NCBI GenBank assembly: GCA_037447605.1
Contig: CM074806.1
Span: 4,836,001 to 4,900,000, forward strand
Origin: Zygnema circumcarinatum SAG 698-1b
Taxonomy: Eukaryota; Plantae; Zygnematophyceae
Direction of reading: 5' to 3'
Length of the DNA: 64,000 nucleotides
Below the pieces are notes generated by a model. The model had not been told where the DNA came from. It worked only from the letters and a program-made list of their open reading frames with translations, and made no database searches. Below are positions 1-13,700 of the stretch, piece by piece. Made by a program: the position numbers and the translations under genes. Numbering within the stretch: position 1 is the first letter of the stretch; each line of letters begins with the position of its first letter.

Positions 1-633
1 GGAACCACGAGCTCCTCGCCCGTACAGTACGGACTGTCCACGCACTTCACTCTGCAAGAACATATAAGACATTTCTTCTTTTTTAAAACAAAAAAACAAT
101 GCGAGGCGAAAGAGAAAAAAATAAGCAGGCAATGGAAGTTTAAATATTAAAAAAAAATCACGAGTTTGCGGTGGGAGGGCGGGAGGGGCCTTGCCCTGAG
201 CCGGCCACTGCCTACCTGTAGCACGCCCCGCAGCCGAGCCCGCCCTTGTAGAGGGGGGGACTGCCCGCCGCGATGTAGAGCGAGTACCCCGCCGCCTCCA
301 AGTCGCCATACCCGCAGGCCCCGCCTGCACGCGCACTCTCCTCCTTCTTATCTCCTCCAAAATCCTCGCTCCCTCGCTCCCTCCCTCCCTCCACCTTTCT
401 TCCTTTACTTTAGAGATGTGAGAAGGAGGGAAAGAGAGGCAGGGAGAGAGCTTACCTTGAACCCCAAATCCGTCCGCGTCGCCATAGAAGGTCGCTCCCC
501 CGGGCAGGACCTCGCCGTAGCCATGGCCATGGCTGCCGTCGTCTTGTGCGGAGGCGCGCGCGACGACAGCGAGCAGGAGGGAGGCGGCGAGAGATCCAAG
601 GCGGTGCCACGTGGCTTCTTGGGATTGGACCAT
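1..633 (-). CDS. Expansin (alpha-expansin-like), 3' part outside window
   Basis: Spliced exons 633-456, 324-216 and 51-1 give [30 protein letters not shown] (signal peptide)...[60 protein letters not shown]. These are the ATFYG/GGACGYG/CGACY motifs of the expansin DPBB domain. GT-AG junctions are phase-consistent. Confidence 0.93.
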   Translation of the reverse strand, partial: MVQSQEATWHRLGSLAASLLLAVVARASAQDDGSHGHGYGEVLPGGATFYGDADGFGVQGKLSPCLSFPPSHISKVKEERWREGGSEGARILEEIRRRRVRVQAGPAGMATWRRRGTRSTSRRAVPPSTRAGSAAGRATGRQWPAQGKAPPALPPQTRDFFLIFKLPLPAYFFLFRLALFFCFKKEEMSYMFLQSEVRGQSVLYGRGARGS

Positions 634-1880
634 GCTGAAACAGAAAGAGAGGCGGCGCGATCAAGATCTGCACAGAGCACGCGTGCGGGCAGGCATGCAT
701 GCATGCTGCGTCAACGGCAGGACAATGTTGAAAGCGGCAAGCTATTGAATTCAGGAATGTGAAGGAAGAGAAAATAGCTTCATAGAGCAGAGAAACCTGC
801 ACAGGAATTTTTACTTGGAGGAGAGAAGTAGCTGCGCATGTGCAATTCACCTTTCACGATCGCGCTCCTGCTGGAGCTGCTCCCACCTTGATGTATGGCT
901 GCCGCAAAGAAGGGGGAGACAGGCCAGAGGGAGAGAGAGAGATAGAGGGAGAGAGAGAGCGAGAGCGAGAGCGAGACAGGGGAGAGAGAGGGAGGGAGTG
1001 GGAGGGCGAGGGAGTGGGAGTGAGGGGAGGCGCGCGGAGGTTGTCCGCCCGCCCGCTTTTGGGCGCCGCCGCGTCCCGTCCCCGTGCGGGCGGGCGCCGA
1101 CATTTACAGTTGCCGCAGATTCCGCGAGGGGCCGCCGGGCGGGGCGCGCCTCCCCCGCTAGGCGACACGGGGTCGCCGCTCAAGGTCGTACGGGACGAGA
1201 GAAGAGTGCACTCTGGCGGGCGAAAACGGAATAAATACACCGTGCAATGGTTTACGGTGGAGTTTTTCCTTTTGAAAGTACGAGATCTAAAATGTTTATT
1301 GTTTTTTAGGAACCGTTGCTTTCGCGAAATTTTCTTTGACTGGCAATCCCTTAACCTTTATGTTATTGGTATGTTGCAAATATAGAAACAAAAGGTATTT
1401 TACGAGTTCAAGTAAAAGTGCTCTGTACCTGTTCTTTCTACAGTTTTGACAAGCCCGCCTAGGTTCCAAACGTCAAATATTGCAGTTAACTTCCAATTTT
1501 TTGAGGACATTGAACCTCCCTCATTGGCCAGCACAATTTTCCCACCAGCTGTCGCCTTCCCCGGGCCGTACGGTCAAAGCCGTTCCCGCCCGATCCGGCG
1601 CGCAGTGCCCGTCCGCTGGCGCGCTTCGGCGGAAGTCGCAGCCGGTCGCCGACCGGAGGGTCGGCCAATCAAAGACCGGGGCCGCACGCGCGTCCTTGAG
1701 TGATTGTCGGTGCACGTGCGAAGGTCGGTTGCCATCCCCCTCGGGCTAGAGCCACGTAGCAAAAAGTCGTCGCCCAATCGGAGCGCGCCAAGCCACGCTT
1801 TTGGAGGGCCTCTGACAGGGATAAGCGACAAATAAATTCGGACTTCGTGTGCTACGTGGTCGCGTAGATTTGTTTTGTCG

Positions 1881-2335
1881 TATCCGTACGAGGGGAGATT
1901 GTTGCGGGGGCGCGTCCCTTTGTGGGCCTGCTGGCGGAGGTTGACTGGCCCACTGGGTCACAAGGCGACAATGATTGCGTACGAATCCGAGGTGTTAACG
2001 ATCGGCCGGAGGAGCAGCACGCTTGCGGCGCGTGGCGGCGGCCGTACCACTGTACGAGCTTTTGGGACTGTTGGAACGGGGGGAGCTTGTAGAAATGGCG
2101 GTTTCGTACGGGCCACAGGGCAGGCCGGATCGTTTAGTCCGTACAATATGTACGTTTCGCTGTCCTTTTGTTGGCGGTGCAAGCCGAGTCCTTCCCGTCG
2201 CCGTCCCGTAACCGTAGGCCCCGTACCGTATCGCACAAAGGCCCTCCTCTCTGTTCGATACGATACACTCGATCCGATTTGACTCGATTCGAATCGAATT
2301 TCTCTATTTGCGTCCTACTTCGGGACCGTACATGT
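1881..2335. promoter_or_regulatory. GTAC/CGTAC-rich cluster in the divergent promoter between expansin and the small-protein gene
   Basis: Nine GTAC cores in ~455 bp, mostly as (C)CGTAC(G). CCAAT boxes lie upstream at ~1665 and ~1774. Confidence 0.45.
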
Positions 2336-2524
2336 TGAAGAAGGTGCTTGCGCGGTTCCCCAAAGCCCCCCTGCCCTGTGCCGGAGTGCGAAAAGGTGTA
2401 GTTTGCGCGAGCACTTGGACTTGAACAACAACATCAACAACATCATCATCATCATGATCATCAATGGCGCGGCAGGGCAGCGCGGGGGATTAGGGTTCGC
2501 TCAGGAGCACCGACGCGAGGAGCC

Positions 2525-3271
2525 ATGGCGGCCTGGCGCGCCGCGCTGGCTGCTTCCGCGCGCTGGATGAGGTGATGCGCGCTGGCAGGGGCTCAAGGCG
2601 GGCGAGGGCGGGAGGAGGGTCGCAGAGAAAGGGGGGATGCCAGCCGTAGGCTTCGTAGGAACGTATTCAGCTGTAGGATGGCGGACTTCAAATCGATAGG
2701 CGTCGCTGGTTTGCTGCCTGAAAATGTCATCTCGCTTTCTCCCTCTCTCTTTGGAGTTCCTTTTCCTATTGTTGCGTCAGTTGGAATCACTGTTTGGGCA
2801 ATGAGGCACTGCTGCCACTGTCTAGCAGATGCAAAGTAGCCTGGCATACAGCGAAGATAATGATGTTTCAAGGCGTGCACTTACGAAGTGTGTACGCGAC
2901 CTTCAACAATCTAGAGAGCATGGTTAAATGGGAAATTTTGTCAATTTTCCTTTGATGGTGTGTCGTATGAATGCCTCAAATACAAGTCCTTCTGGCTTGA
3001 ATGTTGAAGAAGAGAGTTTGCGGCCTTCACATAACAGAAGTTCGACATGTCGTATGCCTCTTTTTTTAATTTGGCGGGGCAAGAGGGAGGGGGAAGCAGG
3101 CATGGCGAGCAGCAAGTGAACCAAGTTGCTGATGTCCTAAAGCCGGGACCTCTGGGAATGCTTGTTCATAAGTTTTCGCCGTCGGAGCTGGCAGAAGCTG
3201 AAGCAGACGTGCACCGGGCACTAAGGAAGTGGAAGTGTCATTCAGGAGAGAAAATCACAAAGAAATTTTGA
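2525..3271 (+). CDS. Small (72 aa) uncharacterised protein, two exons
   Basis: Good ATG context (gccATGGCG). Exon 2525-2571 (AG|GTGATG) joins exon 3100-3271 (CAG|G) in frame: MAAWRAALAASARWMRHGEQQVNQVADVLKPGPLGMLVHKFSPSELAEAEADVHRALRKWKCHSGEKITKKF*. The LKPGPLG..HKFS..E motif resembles, from memory, a plant small-protein family. Confidence 0.7.
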
Positions 3272-4360
3272 TCCTTTCAAATGTGCTGAGAGACACCCTG
3301 CTCCATTTCCATTATTCGACGCTGGCTGAAGGGCACACTTAATTGTGAATATTCTCCGCATGAGGACGATGGTCTTCTCAACAATAGAGAATGTAATGGA
3401 GTTTTTGATAAAAAACTCATGTGTTGAAGAGCAGATAAAACGCCTTTTTCTGTGGAAGAGGTGATTCTTGCAAGAAGTACAATCTCCCAGAATTCAGAGA
3501 ATCAAATTCTGGGTGCTATATGGATGTTAAAGACCTATGTACAAATCAGGCGCATGTTCATTCTGCACAATAACACAATCTCAATATGTTCTTCTCAACC
3601 ATTCGTGGTGGGTATTTTATGAGGGCACTTCTCAAACAAGCGTATAACCGTTATTGTAATTTTATCTCATGGAGACACAAGGCATAACTGGGGTTGTTGC
3701 TTTTGACAGGCAGTTCATTGTTCCCTGTCGAAGATTTCCAACACTGGTCCTAAATCGGTACTAGACGCCGCAGTGTGTGGGAGGAGGACATGCACAAGAT
3801 CGTCATCTCCAAACCCTTCTTCTTGGCCGCGCCATCTCTACGGTCAAATTGACATTAAATTCATCGCGCAATCACAATGCCCACCGAATAAACTTGTGAA
3901 GCACGCTGTCTCCCTAGGGATGATTTGGCATTTATCTCACGATGGCGCTGCCATCAAATGTACGCGGGCAAAAACAACCAAGGGGGATCGGTTACGAACG
4001 AAAGAAAACGCCATGAGCTGAACTCTAGTTGTAGGCTTTCGTCTCCGTAGAAATTGACTAGCAGATGTCGCTAAGACCAGGCAACTGACACGTGTGACCG
4101 ACAGTAAGGGACGGCCACAGATGGCATCATCGCCATCGTGAGGTCAATGCCACATCCCTTCTCTCAGTACAGTACCTGGTTATGTCTCTTGGCGAGAAGG
4201 CCTTTAGATGGCAACTGCCCGCGGCTAGGAGATCCATGTTCGCTCTGTTGGTGGCGGCGTGTCGTTCTTATGAGGTATGGCCCGGGTGACTAACTAACCA
4301 CACCCGCGTACCGAGAGTCGTGAGGTGCCCGCGGACGCAACTGTCAAGTCTGTCCCATGT

Positions 4361-4488
4361 CACCCATGCACCCATGCACCCATGCACCCATGCACCCATG
4401 CACCCATGCACCCATGCACCCATGCACCCATGCACCCATGCACCCATGTACCCATGCACCCATGCACCCATGCACCCATGCTCCCATG
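4361..4488. repeat. (CACCCATG)16 tandem array
   Basis: Sixteen 8-bp units with two variant units (TACCCATG, CTCCCATG). Confidence 0.98.
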
Positions 4489-4732
4489 GGGGCATGCCAT
4501 GCGGGCACCATGCCATGAATTTGGAACGTTTGGGGAGTTTGCGTCGGTGGCTGTTGCGGCGGCCTCGATGCGCACATCAACGTTGCTGTAGCGCTGGCGC
4601 TGCCTCTCTTGCGCAGCCACCATGGCTGCTCCGCAGAATCTCGCCGAGAATGGAATGTAGAGAGTGCCTGCTCCGCGGGATTCTCCTGCCAGTTCGTTCT
4701 TAGGTTGGAGGGTTGTTGGAAAGGTTCGCGAC

Positions 4733-7700
4733 ATGGGAGACCATTTGAGCGAGCTGCGAGCCCTTGCGATAGCATCCATGATTGGAACCAAGAGGCCTGC
4801 TGTAGCCTCCGCAGAAGACAGGGAGGAGGGGGAGCTGAGCCCTGAAGAAGACAGACGGGTTGTGCTTAAGAGTAGCAAGAGGTCGCGGGTAGAACGTATT
4901 AGTAAGGACTGGTTAGCTGTTGAGAAGGCCGTCAGGAGCAGTACAAGAGAGAGAGGGGCTTTGGGAGAGAGTGAGGATTTGCGGGAGCGGGCTAGGGAAG
5001 CAAGGTCTGGCCTCCAGCTGATGGAGAAGCACATCCAGGAGACAGCTGATGATGTTAAGGTTGTCCGTTCGGATTATATAGAGACAGAAAAAGGGAATGT
5101 AAACGGAGCTCCCGTTTCGAACACTCAGGGTGCGTGGAATCACCATTCTGAAGAAGGAACCTTCGTATATTTTGGAAGGCAGCGTTAGTCAATGACTTTG
5201 TGCTAGTTGTTGATTGTTGTTTTTGTTATGTAAGGAGGTTGATACCGTGGAAACGCTGGATGCTTGAACTACGGTCGTTCATATATTCATGCATGTTATT
5301 GGAAAATGGAGGAAGTGTTATCAAGTACAAATTTGTCTCCCAAACTGACCATTTGAGCCTGCATAGCAGTGAGGGGCGATTGATTTTGGGATGTTTCTTC
5401 GGGCGCATGGCACAGGAGAGTCGCAAGAAGCTGTCGATGCCGCTTCGAAGATAGACATTTTGGCGTCAGTGTTGACTCACAAGAAAGAGGTATCGCGTGA
5501 TGCATTTTTGGATCCTGCTTTTCTCGTCACTGACATCTTACGAGCAGAAAATTCACCAAAACATAAACCGTGGCACTGGTAGTTTGGCCAATATTGTTAC
5601 ATTTTGTCTGTTCATTTCCAACCTATCGACAGTGGTGTAAATAGAAACTCACAAGTTTTTGAAGTCGTCGCATGTAAGTTCTTATTGCAGAGCGGACACG
5701 TACCGATGGTGCTCTGTAGAGTGTTTTGTTTCCATGCCTCAAATCCCATTCCATTTTCCTTCAGGGCACTCTGTTGTTTTAAGTGTCGACGAAGCCCCTT
5801 TTCTGCTCATTTAGGAAAGGCGAGATAGACCGGTGCCTCCTTAGGAGTGCACCCAGAGTCCATTGGAGCCTCTACTTACACGTCCATGTCATGTATAAAG
5901 TCACGCGGGCTTTATTTTATTTGCATAAAGCCAGTCTAAGCATATTGTTATTCGAGGTGGACTTGCCTTTCATGTTGAGACTCTTTGAGCCAGTTAAATA
6001 TGCAATCTGGTTCCACAGAAGACGCATTCGCGGTTGAGACTGTCAGCAACTGATGTGCATTTTTTTTTCGCAGGGAATAGAGGAGACATGCGTATCAGCA
6101 GAGGAAGGTGAACAGTTGAGCCGTCAAAGTTTGGATGGAATTCCTGAGCGTCCCCAGGTCGCTGTTCCTGTGAATTGTGCTGACGTCAGGATGAGCATTA
6201 ACCAGGCCGACTCGAGGAAAGGACATGTGATGCTTCCGGACACCACTAGAGTGGAGGGCCTCCATTCCCAGCCTGAGGAGCCACAGTGCAGATTCAATGT
6301 TTCAGAAGAGTTGAACAACTTGGGATCTTCTGTTGTTGTGGAGGTTGCGAAAGATTTTGGTGGCACAGATCCTTGTCCTGCACCACCAGATATTGTGCGT
6401 AAGAGCACAACTGCAAGAGGTGTGGTTACGGAGCAAGGGCTCTCGAATTTGAACGAGGGTTCGTCTTCTTTTACTACAGCCCCTGAACTGCCATGTAGAC
6501 TATCCCCTCTCCCTCCCCCGCCCATTCATTCCCAGAAAGGCAAGCCTGCAACAAACGATTCGTCTAGCATTATGGGACAGGTGTGTGCTCCTGTCCCTGT
6601 TCGTCTTGGCGGTGTTGGCTCCATGTTGGAGGCTGTGTCTGTTCCAGCAATAAATCGTGCTCCCTCTGCAACTGACATGAGTGTGCGGAAGGAAGCGGAA
6701 TTATTTTTGCGTGATTTAGGCAAGTCTTTGGGAGGAGCAGCAAAGAGGAGACGTGGAGCTCCCAGTGATGACAGTTTCTTGATAACTTTCGACGACGATG
6801 ACGAGGAGGAAGATAACCGGCTGGAGACTGAGGCGCCGACACCCTTGGGGGGGGTTGTTGCTGCGCCGAGTAGCAACAGTCAGCCAGGCCAGCAGTCAGT
6901 GGGTTTGCATGCAGAGATTGAGCGGATGAGGAAACAGATAGCTGCCATGCAGAAGGTTAATGGCAAGGGGTCCGTTTCAGCAGCACGAAGTCTAGATCAG
7001 CAAGGAGGTCGACCTGTCAGTCCGATCGTTCCAGGAACAGACAACGGCACATCTGCTGCCCATGTTGGCAAGGTTGGAGGACGAGGTACAGGAGGGAGGC
7101 CTGCTGTCGGAAATGGACACGCCAATCAAAGTATAGCGGATCTTGAAGAGCTGAAGAAACGAATTCATGCTAAAGAGGCCGAAGTTTTGCAGCTTCGCCA
7201 AGTGAGTGTGAAAGGAACACTCAACGATGTTGAAGTTCAAAAGCAGGGGCCTAAACGCGGCGTCGAGTCGGACACTTCTACAGGGCCACGATTCAGAGTT
7301 TTGCCCCCTCATGTCCGATCCTCTGGTGCACCCGATAACAGAGCTGGACAATTGCACTCTGCCAATGCATCCAAACGAGATAATGTTCATCCGTCAACTA
7401 GCACCGCTGGAAGGACTCTAAATCAGTGTTCTATACCCTCATTGGCCATCTTGCCTGTTGGTCCCGCTATCACCCCAGTAGCTGCTCCCACCAGCATTCC
7501 TCACGCTGCAGGGGCCATCTCGATAAAGGCTCCTGCAAGCAGTCAGCCTGCCATGATTAAATCCTCAGCTGAATCGGAGAAACAGGTAGATAATTTGAGA
7601 GGCAGGGTCATGGGCCGGGTCAGCAAATCTACGAAAGAACCAAGGGCTGATGGCGGGGATGGAGGGCATAAGCAGTTGGCCACTGAATATTTGCCTCCTA

Positions 7701-10700
7701 CTAACGGCGTGCCTACAGCAGCTCATCAGCACACAGTGGAGAAAGACTCTGAAGTAAGCCACTTTTATCCAGTTTTGCTGTTGCGCATGCACGAAAACAA
7801 GAAGCAACTACAGTACGGCGGCCATTGTTTCCTCGATATTCTTGAGATGTTTTTTGTTACCTATTTGCGAACTGGGTTCACTCATCTTGATTGAATATTA
7901 CTCCGAATGGAAATAAGGGACGGTGTAGCCTGGATTGTCCAGGCTATACCTGTTCATGCCAAGCCTTAGGGATTCGTAGTCGACTAATGCCATTTCCCTA
8001 CAAAATTGACACTTATGAAGCGTTGGATCTATACATATATGTGAATCTGCAGACTGCACATGGCTTAATGATTACTTTGTTTGATCATTTTGAACAGAGT
8101 CGCGGAACTCTTTCCCAAGGGACAAAGGAGCAAGAATTTAGAGCAGACAAAGGAATTCGAGAAGAGTTGCCCCTGGTTACTGCCAACGCGAAGGGCTCAA
8201 GAGGAACTTCTGAAAGTAAGACTCTGCAACTAGAACTAGGTGGTCTAACAGAGCATCCTCCAATACAAGCTTTACCAGATGAACGGATTGAGGAGAGAAG
8301 AGTCGTACGGGAATTCGCATCAGATAAAGGTGCCCCTCCCTCTGTAAACATTCCTGAAGAAAGAGCCATGGGCACACAAGAAGGCCGGGAAATGGCTGGT
8401 GGCTTGGCACCTAGAGCTGGTGCTGAAGTAGACTTAGTACTGGCAACAACTAGGACTTTGCCACCCAATACTTTGCTTCCCCCTGGAAGTAGAACTGCCA
8501 ATAACCCTCCTCCAAATGGACACCCTCCATTGAATGGTCCTTCTGACCTTTCTCAAAGGCCCAGCAACGCGGTATCAGGGTTACAAGCAGAGAAAGGAAT
8601 GTTTCTCAATAGGGTTAGGGCTGCTGAACAAATGGTGGATACTTTTAGGGTTGCTTCTAGTGTGCCATTCTGCAACGTGCCGTTGGTGACGGAGGGCAGA
8701 ACAACCACTGAAGCAGCTAGCAGGAGGATGACGGAGGACTTTGTAGAAGGTACTCAGCAGCCTCATATGGAGCCTCCTAGACCTGAGTTGCCTTGGCCGA
8801 CATTCCCAAAGATAGGATGGGGTTCTCCGCACATAGCTTCAGACGAGGCCTATGTTCAGCGGCTAAGACACGATGAGGAGGCTATCGAAGAAGCCCTGGA
8901 GGAAGCACAGCAGGAACGTCGCAGGTTGGAGGTCAGGGAGCGCATGGCTCGGCGTGCTTTGCGCGAGACGGAAGCTGCTCTGCAAGCAGCCTCTGCTCGC
9001 TGTGCTTCTCTTGCACAGCGTCGAGAAGCTCTGTCAGTGTCGCTGCATACTGCTCAGATGATGCAGGCTGCCAGAGGCCCTCCACAATCAGGGCCGACTG
9101 TGCTGTCGACGTTCTCATCTCCTGCACTTGGAGTCTCCTTCCACCCTCCTCCTTCTGACACGGAGCAACCTGTTTATCTGGAAAAGGCATCAGTTCAGCT
9201 GCATTCTGCCAGTCACCCTATGTGGCCGCAACCTACTCTTCATCCTCCTGAGCCACCCGGGCCCGTCTCCGAGGGCGCAAACCTTTCGCTGCAGACTGTT
9301 GACGAGACTTTAGCTGCAAGGTTAGAAGACCGGCTTCCAGAGAGCACAAGGGATGGTTTAGAAAAGCAGTCAGAATTTGAAGTACGTGAACGAGGTGAAA
9401 GGCCCCAAGAGTCGCATCCCAGAGATATTTCGGCAAAGGAAACAAACGGAAAGATGGTGATGGCGCATAGAGCTGTTAGTAGAGTTGATGGTGGCGATCA
9501 CGGAAATTGGGCTGCTAGAAGCTCTGTACAACATCATTCTGCAGTATTTCCAGTAAGTCCTGCTGTGAGCTCTGTGCAGCCTGTTTCTGCCATTGCAGAG
9601 CAAGCTTCGGCAAGTAAACCTCATGAGCCAGTTAGGCAGGATACAGAGAAGTTGGGACTTCTTCAAAGTGCGAACGCTTTGAATAGAGACAGTGGGTTGG
9701 AGATTGCCATCGTTCCAAAGGATGTGGAGTGCGGGGAACCCGATCGTCAAGGGGAGTCCCTGAAAGGATTGTCGGATGATCAACGTAAGCTTGGGGGTCG
9801 TGCAGCTGTGGCTGTCACTCGTGGTTTAGAATCCAATGCACTGCAAAAGGCTGGCGGGGAGATTACATCGCAAGAGCGAGAATCTGTCAATTTGGCAAGT
9901 TTCACACATCAGGTGTCGTCTTCTGCTAGACAACAGGTTGTTCCAAGTTTGAAAAGGCAGATTGTTCGACAGGGAGATGGTCCGAAAAAACGAAAAGCCA
10001 GACGAAAGTCATCAGAACAAGTGAAGCATGCTGAAGCATACAAGAGCTCTGTGGCGAAGGTGGACGAGGCTGATGAAGTAGCGAGGTTAAAGGATGAGCA
10101 AGAAAAGATTGCTCAAATAGCCCGAGATATCAGAGCTCGTCTGCTCCGGGAGTTCGGTTCAAAGCCGCAAGGGCATTCTGATGAAGCGCTCAGACTTGGA
10201 AGAGTGACGCCTCTGCCACCCGGACCCTCCTGCGATGGTCAGAAGTTTCCTTTGGATTCTTCTGTGCAAGTCCCTCGCAATGTAGCCAGGAAAGAAAACC
10301 CACCCTTACCTCTGCACTTGGTATCACGTGAAGAGAGGGGAGAGACGGATGTTGCTAGCAAGGCATCGAACGAGAAAGCCATAAATAGCAATTTGGGTGA
10401 GGAACCCCATTCAGTAATTGAAACAACTACTGGGGCAGAGAAGGGCTCGGCTGGTCAGAGTGAACAAGTCATGTTGAGGGCCCACCTCAAGCACCTTGGG
10501 AGAAGTAAACCTTCTGAAGCCCAGGAGCCAGCAACAAATGTTGGAAATAATTTACAGACTTCTGCTGTTTCCCTGATTACAATACAAGATAGCCACCGGC
10601 AAGAGAACGAGACCCCCAACATAACAGAGAGGCTGGAAGTAGGGCAAGCAGAGACTGGGGAGACAAGAGAGAAGCCTGGGGAGATAGAGGAAATTCTTCT

Positions 10701-13700
10701 TCAAGGCAGGCTGGGAGAGCCCGCCTCCCCTACCCCGCTGCATCAGAGTGATAGCCCGGTTTGCGGTTCGCTGTCCGTCCCAGTATTGGGCCATTGCTTG
10801 GAGACAGCAGCAAATGATTCTGGAGTGGAAGGTTTTACGGTATTATCGGAGGATGAGACCGGTAAAGAAAGGGAAGGCCAAAATACGACGCAAAGCGCAG
10901 CATTTCAAACTCGATATCATAGCCCACTTGCATGTTTGCGGTCTTTCAGACTTAGCTCACGTTTTGCAACTATTTGGGGTCACTCACCAGCATCACCAAC
11001 TTGGCGAAATGTGATTGATCCTCACAAGATATTGTGCAAGTTTGAGCATAGAGGCCGCTGCAATGACAAGAAGTGCCCATGGCAGCACATTGCTCAATAT
11101 ATGGACAAGGAAGAAGTGACCTGCGATTTTTCGATGGACATAAGCTCCAACGGATGCAGTCAGTTAAATTGGTGGCTCAGAAGGGCCTCTCAGAACATTC
11201 AAGCAGTTGATAAGGTTGTTTTACACCCTGAAGCTGCGATGGTTGAGAATCATCTTGGTGGGTCGGAAGTGTCAGTTCCCCCATATTATATCGCCACTGC
11301 AGAGGCAGGCCTAGGTTTCGCAGGTGGACAAGGAGAGGGGGCAGCATCAAAGGAACTGCAACTGTTCTTTTCTCCTATGCGCCGAGGACTGCCAGCAGAA
11401 GTTCAAGTTTTGAGCAGTACTGTCAACTGCAACGATGGCTCTTTTCTCCCATCTGTAGAAAACTGCGACAAGGAGGTAGATGAAGGGGTTCGGCCGCGCT
11501 ACTTCAAGGATGGATCGAAGTTGCTCAAACAGGCTGAAGTAAGCTCTGCTTTCTTTGCCTCTTCCTTTTGTGTAGTGGCTATCAGCAGGCCCTTGCTTTT
11601 GAAGGGTGGAAAGCTTGCTGGCTGCTTGAAGAACTGAAAGACCACATCCTTGGAGATGTGGTGGTGCAGGCTCGAGTTCAGCAGGAGCCTGAGAGTGTTG
11701 AGGGTTGGCTCGACCTTGCACTGTTCCATACGTCTTACAGCCTCGATTCCAATCTGCACAAGGATGCACGCGATGAGGTATGTTCCTCTATATTTTACCA
11801 CCACTGTGTTATGGAAACAAACGTGACTATACTTACACCATTGCTTGCCCCAGGCTCATTCTTAACCACATCGTAAGCCGTGAAGGAGAGTAAAATATTA
11901 CGCCTTCAAAGAACTTGAGAGGGAATTTCGATGTTTTGCAAGCACTTGAGTTGATCGTGAATGGCTTCTGGCCTTCCAACACTCGATGCACAGAATGGGC
12001 TCTACTAGACGAGTTATCCTTCCGCACTGCCAAAAATTTAATTGTCCGGATTCACCATCATCATTGACAGCACACGAGTGTCTGTTCGGTTGGTGGAAGT
12101 GCACGGTATTAGTCAAGTCTGTCGGTTTGAGCGTTCTTCTAAGGATGGGGGATGAGGGCTTATGGGGACATCTCAGGCTTTGCGTGTTCTTGTAAGGGCT
12201 TTGGAGGCAAACCGCCGTTCAGCCACTCTTTGGAGCGTCTACCTGCTGCTCTACCGCAGCCGCACAAATGGGCCTGAAGACTATTACAACATTGTCATGA
12301 GTGCGGTATGGCTGGAAGACGGGACTGCATGCTATGTGGGCCCATTTTTATCCTCCTTCCCTGCTGATTCGACCCCACATTAGTTAGGGAATGTTTCTCT
12401 GATGATATGATTTGGGGTTGGGAGGGCATGGATTGCGGAGCGTGGCGCAGATTGAGTATAACATGGGCTCTTATGAGGTATGGAGACTGCTCCTTCACAG
12501 TCTGCCATCAGTGCAGCAGCAGCTGCGGAGTTGCCAGCAGGCCCTAGACACGCTCCCATGCAGCCCATGCAGCCATGCCATCCCTTCAGAACTGCTCAGT
12601 GCGCAGATTCTGGACTTTGCTCTCCGTTTCTTACATTTTAACTGTACAGCAGGGCATGCATCTGGGGCAATTGATTGGCTTCAAAAGCTGAAGACTGCCC
12701 TTAATGACTATAAAGAGGAATCCATGGAGGGTGAAGCAAGTCGCTTGCCAGGGTTTGGGGTTTGGGTTACATGCCTAAGTGGACCAGATTTGGCCGTGCT
12801 CTGCGTGGCTGCTGCGTGTGTGTGCGTTCAGCAGCAGCTTCCTCATGCAGTGGTTGACCGGCTTGGTTACTATCAGGCGCAGCCTCTACCGCTTGATGTT
12901 GACTGGAGAGCGTGGGACTCCGCAAGTAAAGAGCTGAAGGAGGAAACTAAGGGCTTGTGTTTAGATATTCTGCGGATGGGCATGCGAGTGGCGCAAAGTA
13001 AAGGTGGCATTCCTGCCTCTGAGTGGAACGACTGCCTTCCTGAAGGCATGACTCCCAGTGCGGCCCTGGGGGTCAATCTGGTACAGGCTATGGCCGCCCT
13101 AAAAGGCAAGGCTGCAGCTGCTGCGGAGTCTGCGGGACTACTAGCAGAGCATTCGCAGTGCCTCGAGTTACTACATTTGCATGCTAACTTGGTCTCATGC
13201 ACTGACCCTTCTGACTTCAGAGCAGCGAAGGTCGTTTGGGAGGCAGCTTTGAAAGGTTCACTCCAGGGGGGACACTGTATACTGCGGCTTTTTTGGCACT
13301 ATGCCCAGCAGGCATTTTTCAATGTTGGGTCCCAAGCTGCTCAAGATATTTTGGCGACTGCTGCCGGTCTGCAGAGTGAGGTTGCGCATGATGTTGCAGA
13401 AGTAAGAGTAGCCTTAGCCGCTGTTGTAGCAAGTAAGTCTGACATGTTGGAGCGCACTTACGGGCTCCTCTGCTTAGCCATGCTTGAAGCTTTGCAAGGC
13501 AAAGCAGCTGCAGCATTGGAGCATGCAGAGAGCAGTCTGGAGGCTGCCATCGATGCTGGGCTTTCCCACATACAGCAAACTTTGACTGAGATTGGCAGTC
13601 TAGTGCAGGCAGGATTACATGTAGCTACAGGCAACCAACCGGCCTCTCATGCGGAAATGAAGCTCAGACTGCTTAGCCGTCTCTTGGATTCCCTGTTGCG

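Noticed and set aside
4268-5034. ORFs with repeating HAPMHPCT/GAWVHGCM peptides
   Set aside because: Artefacts of the stop-free 8-bp tandem repeat.
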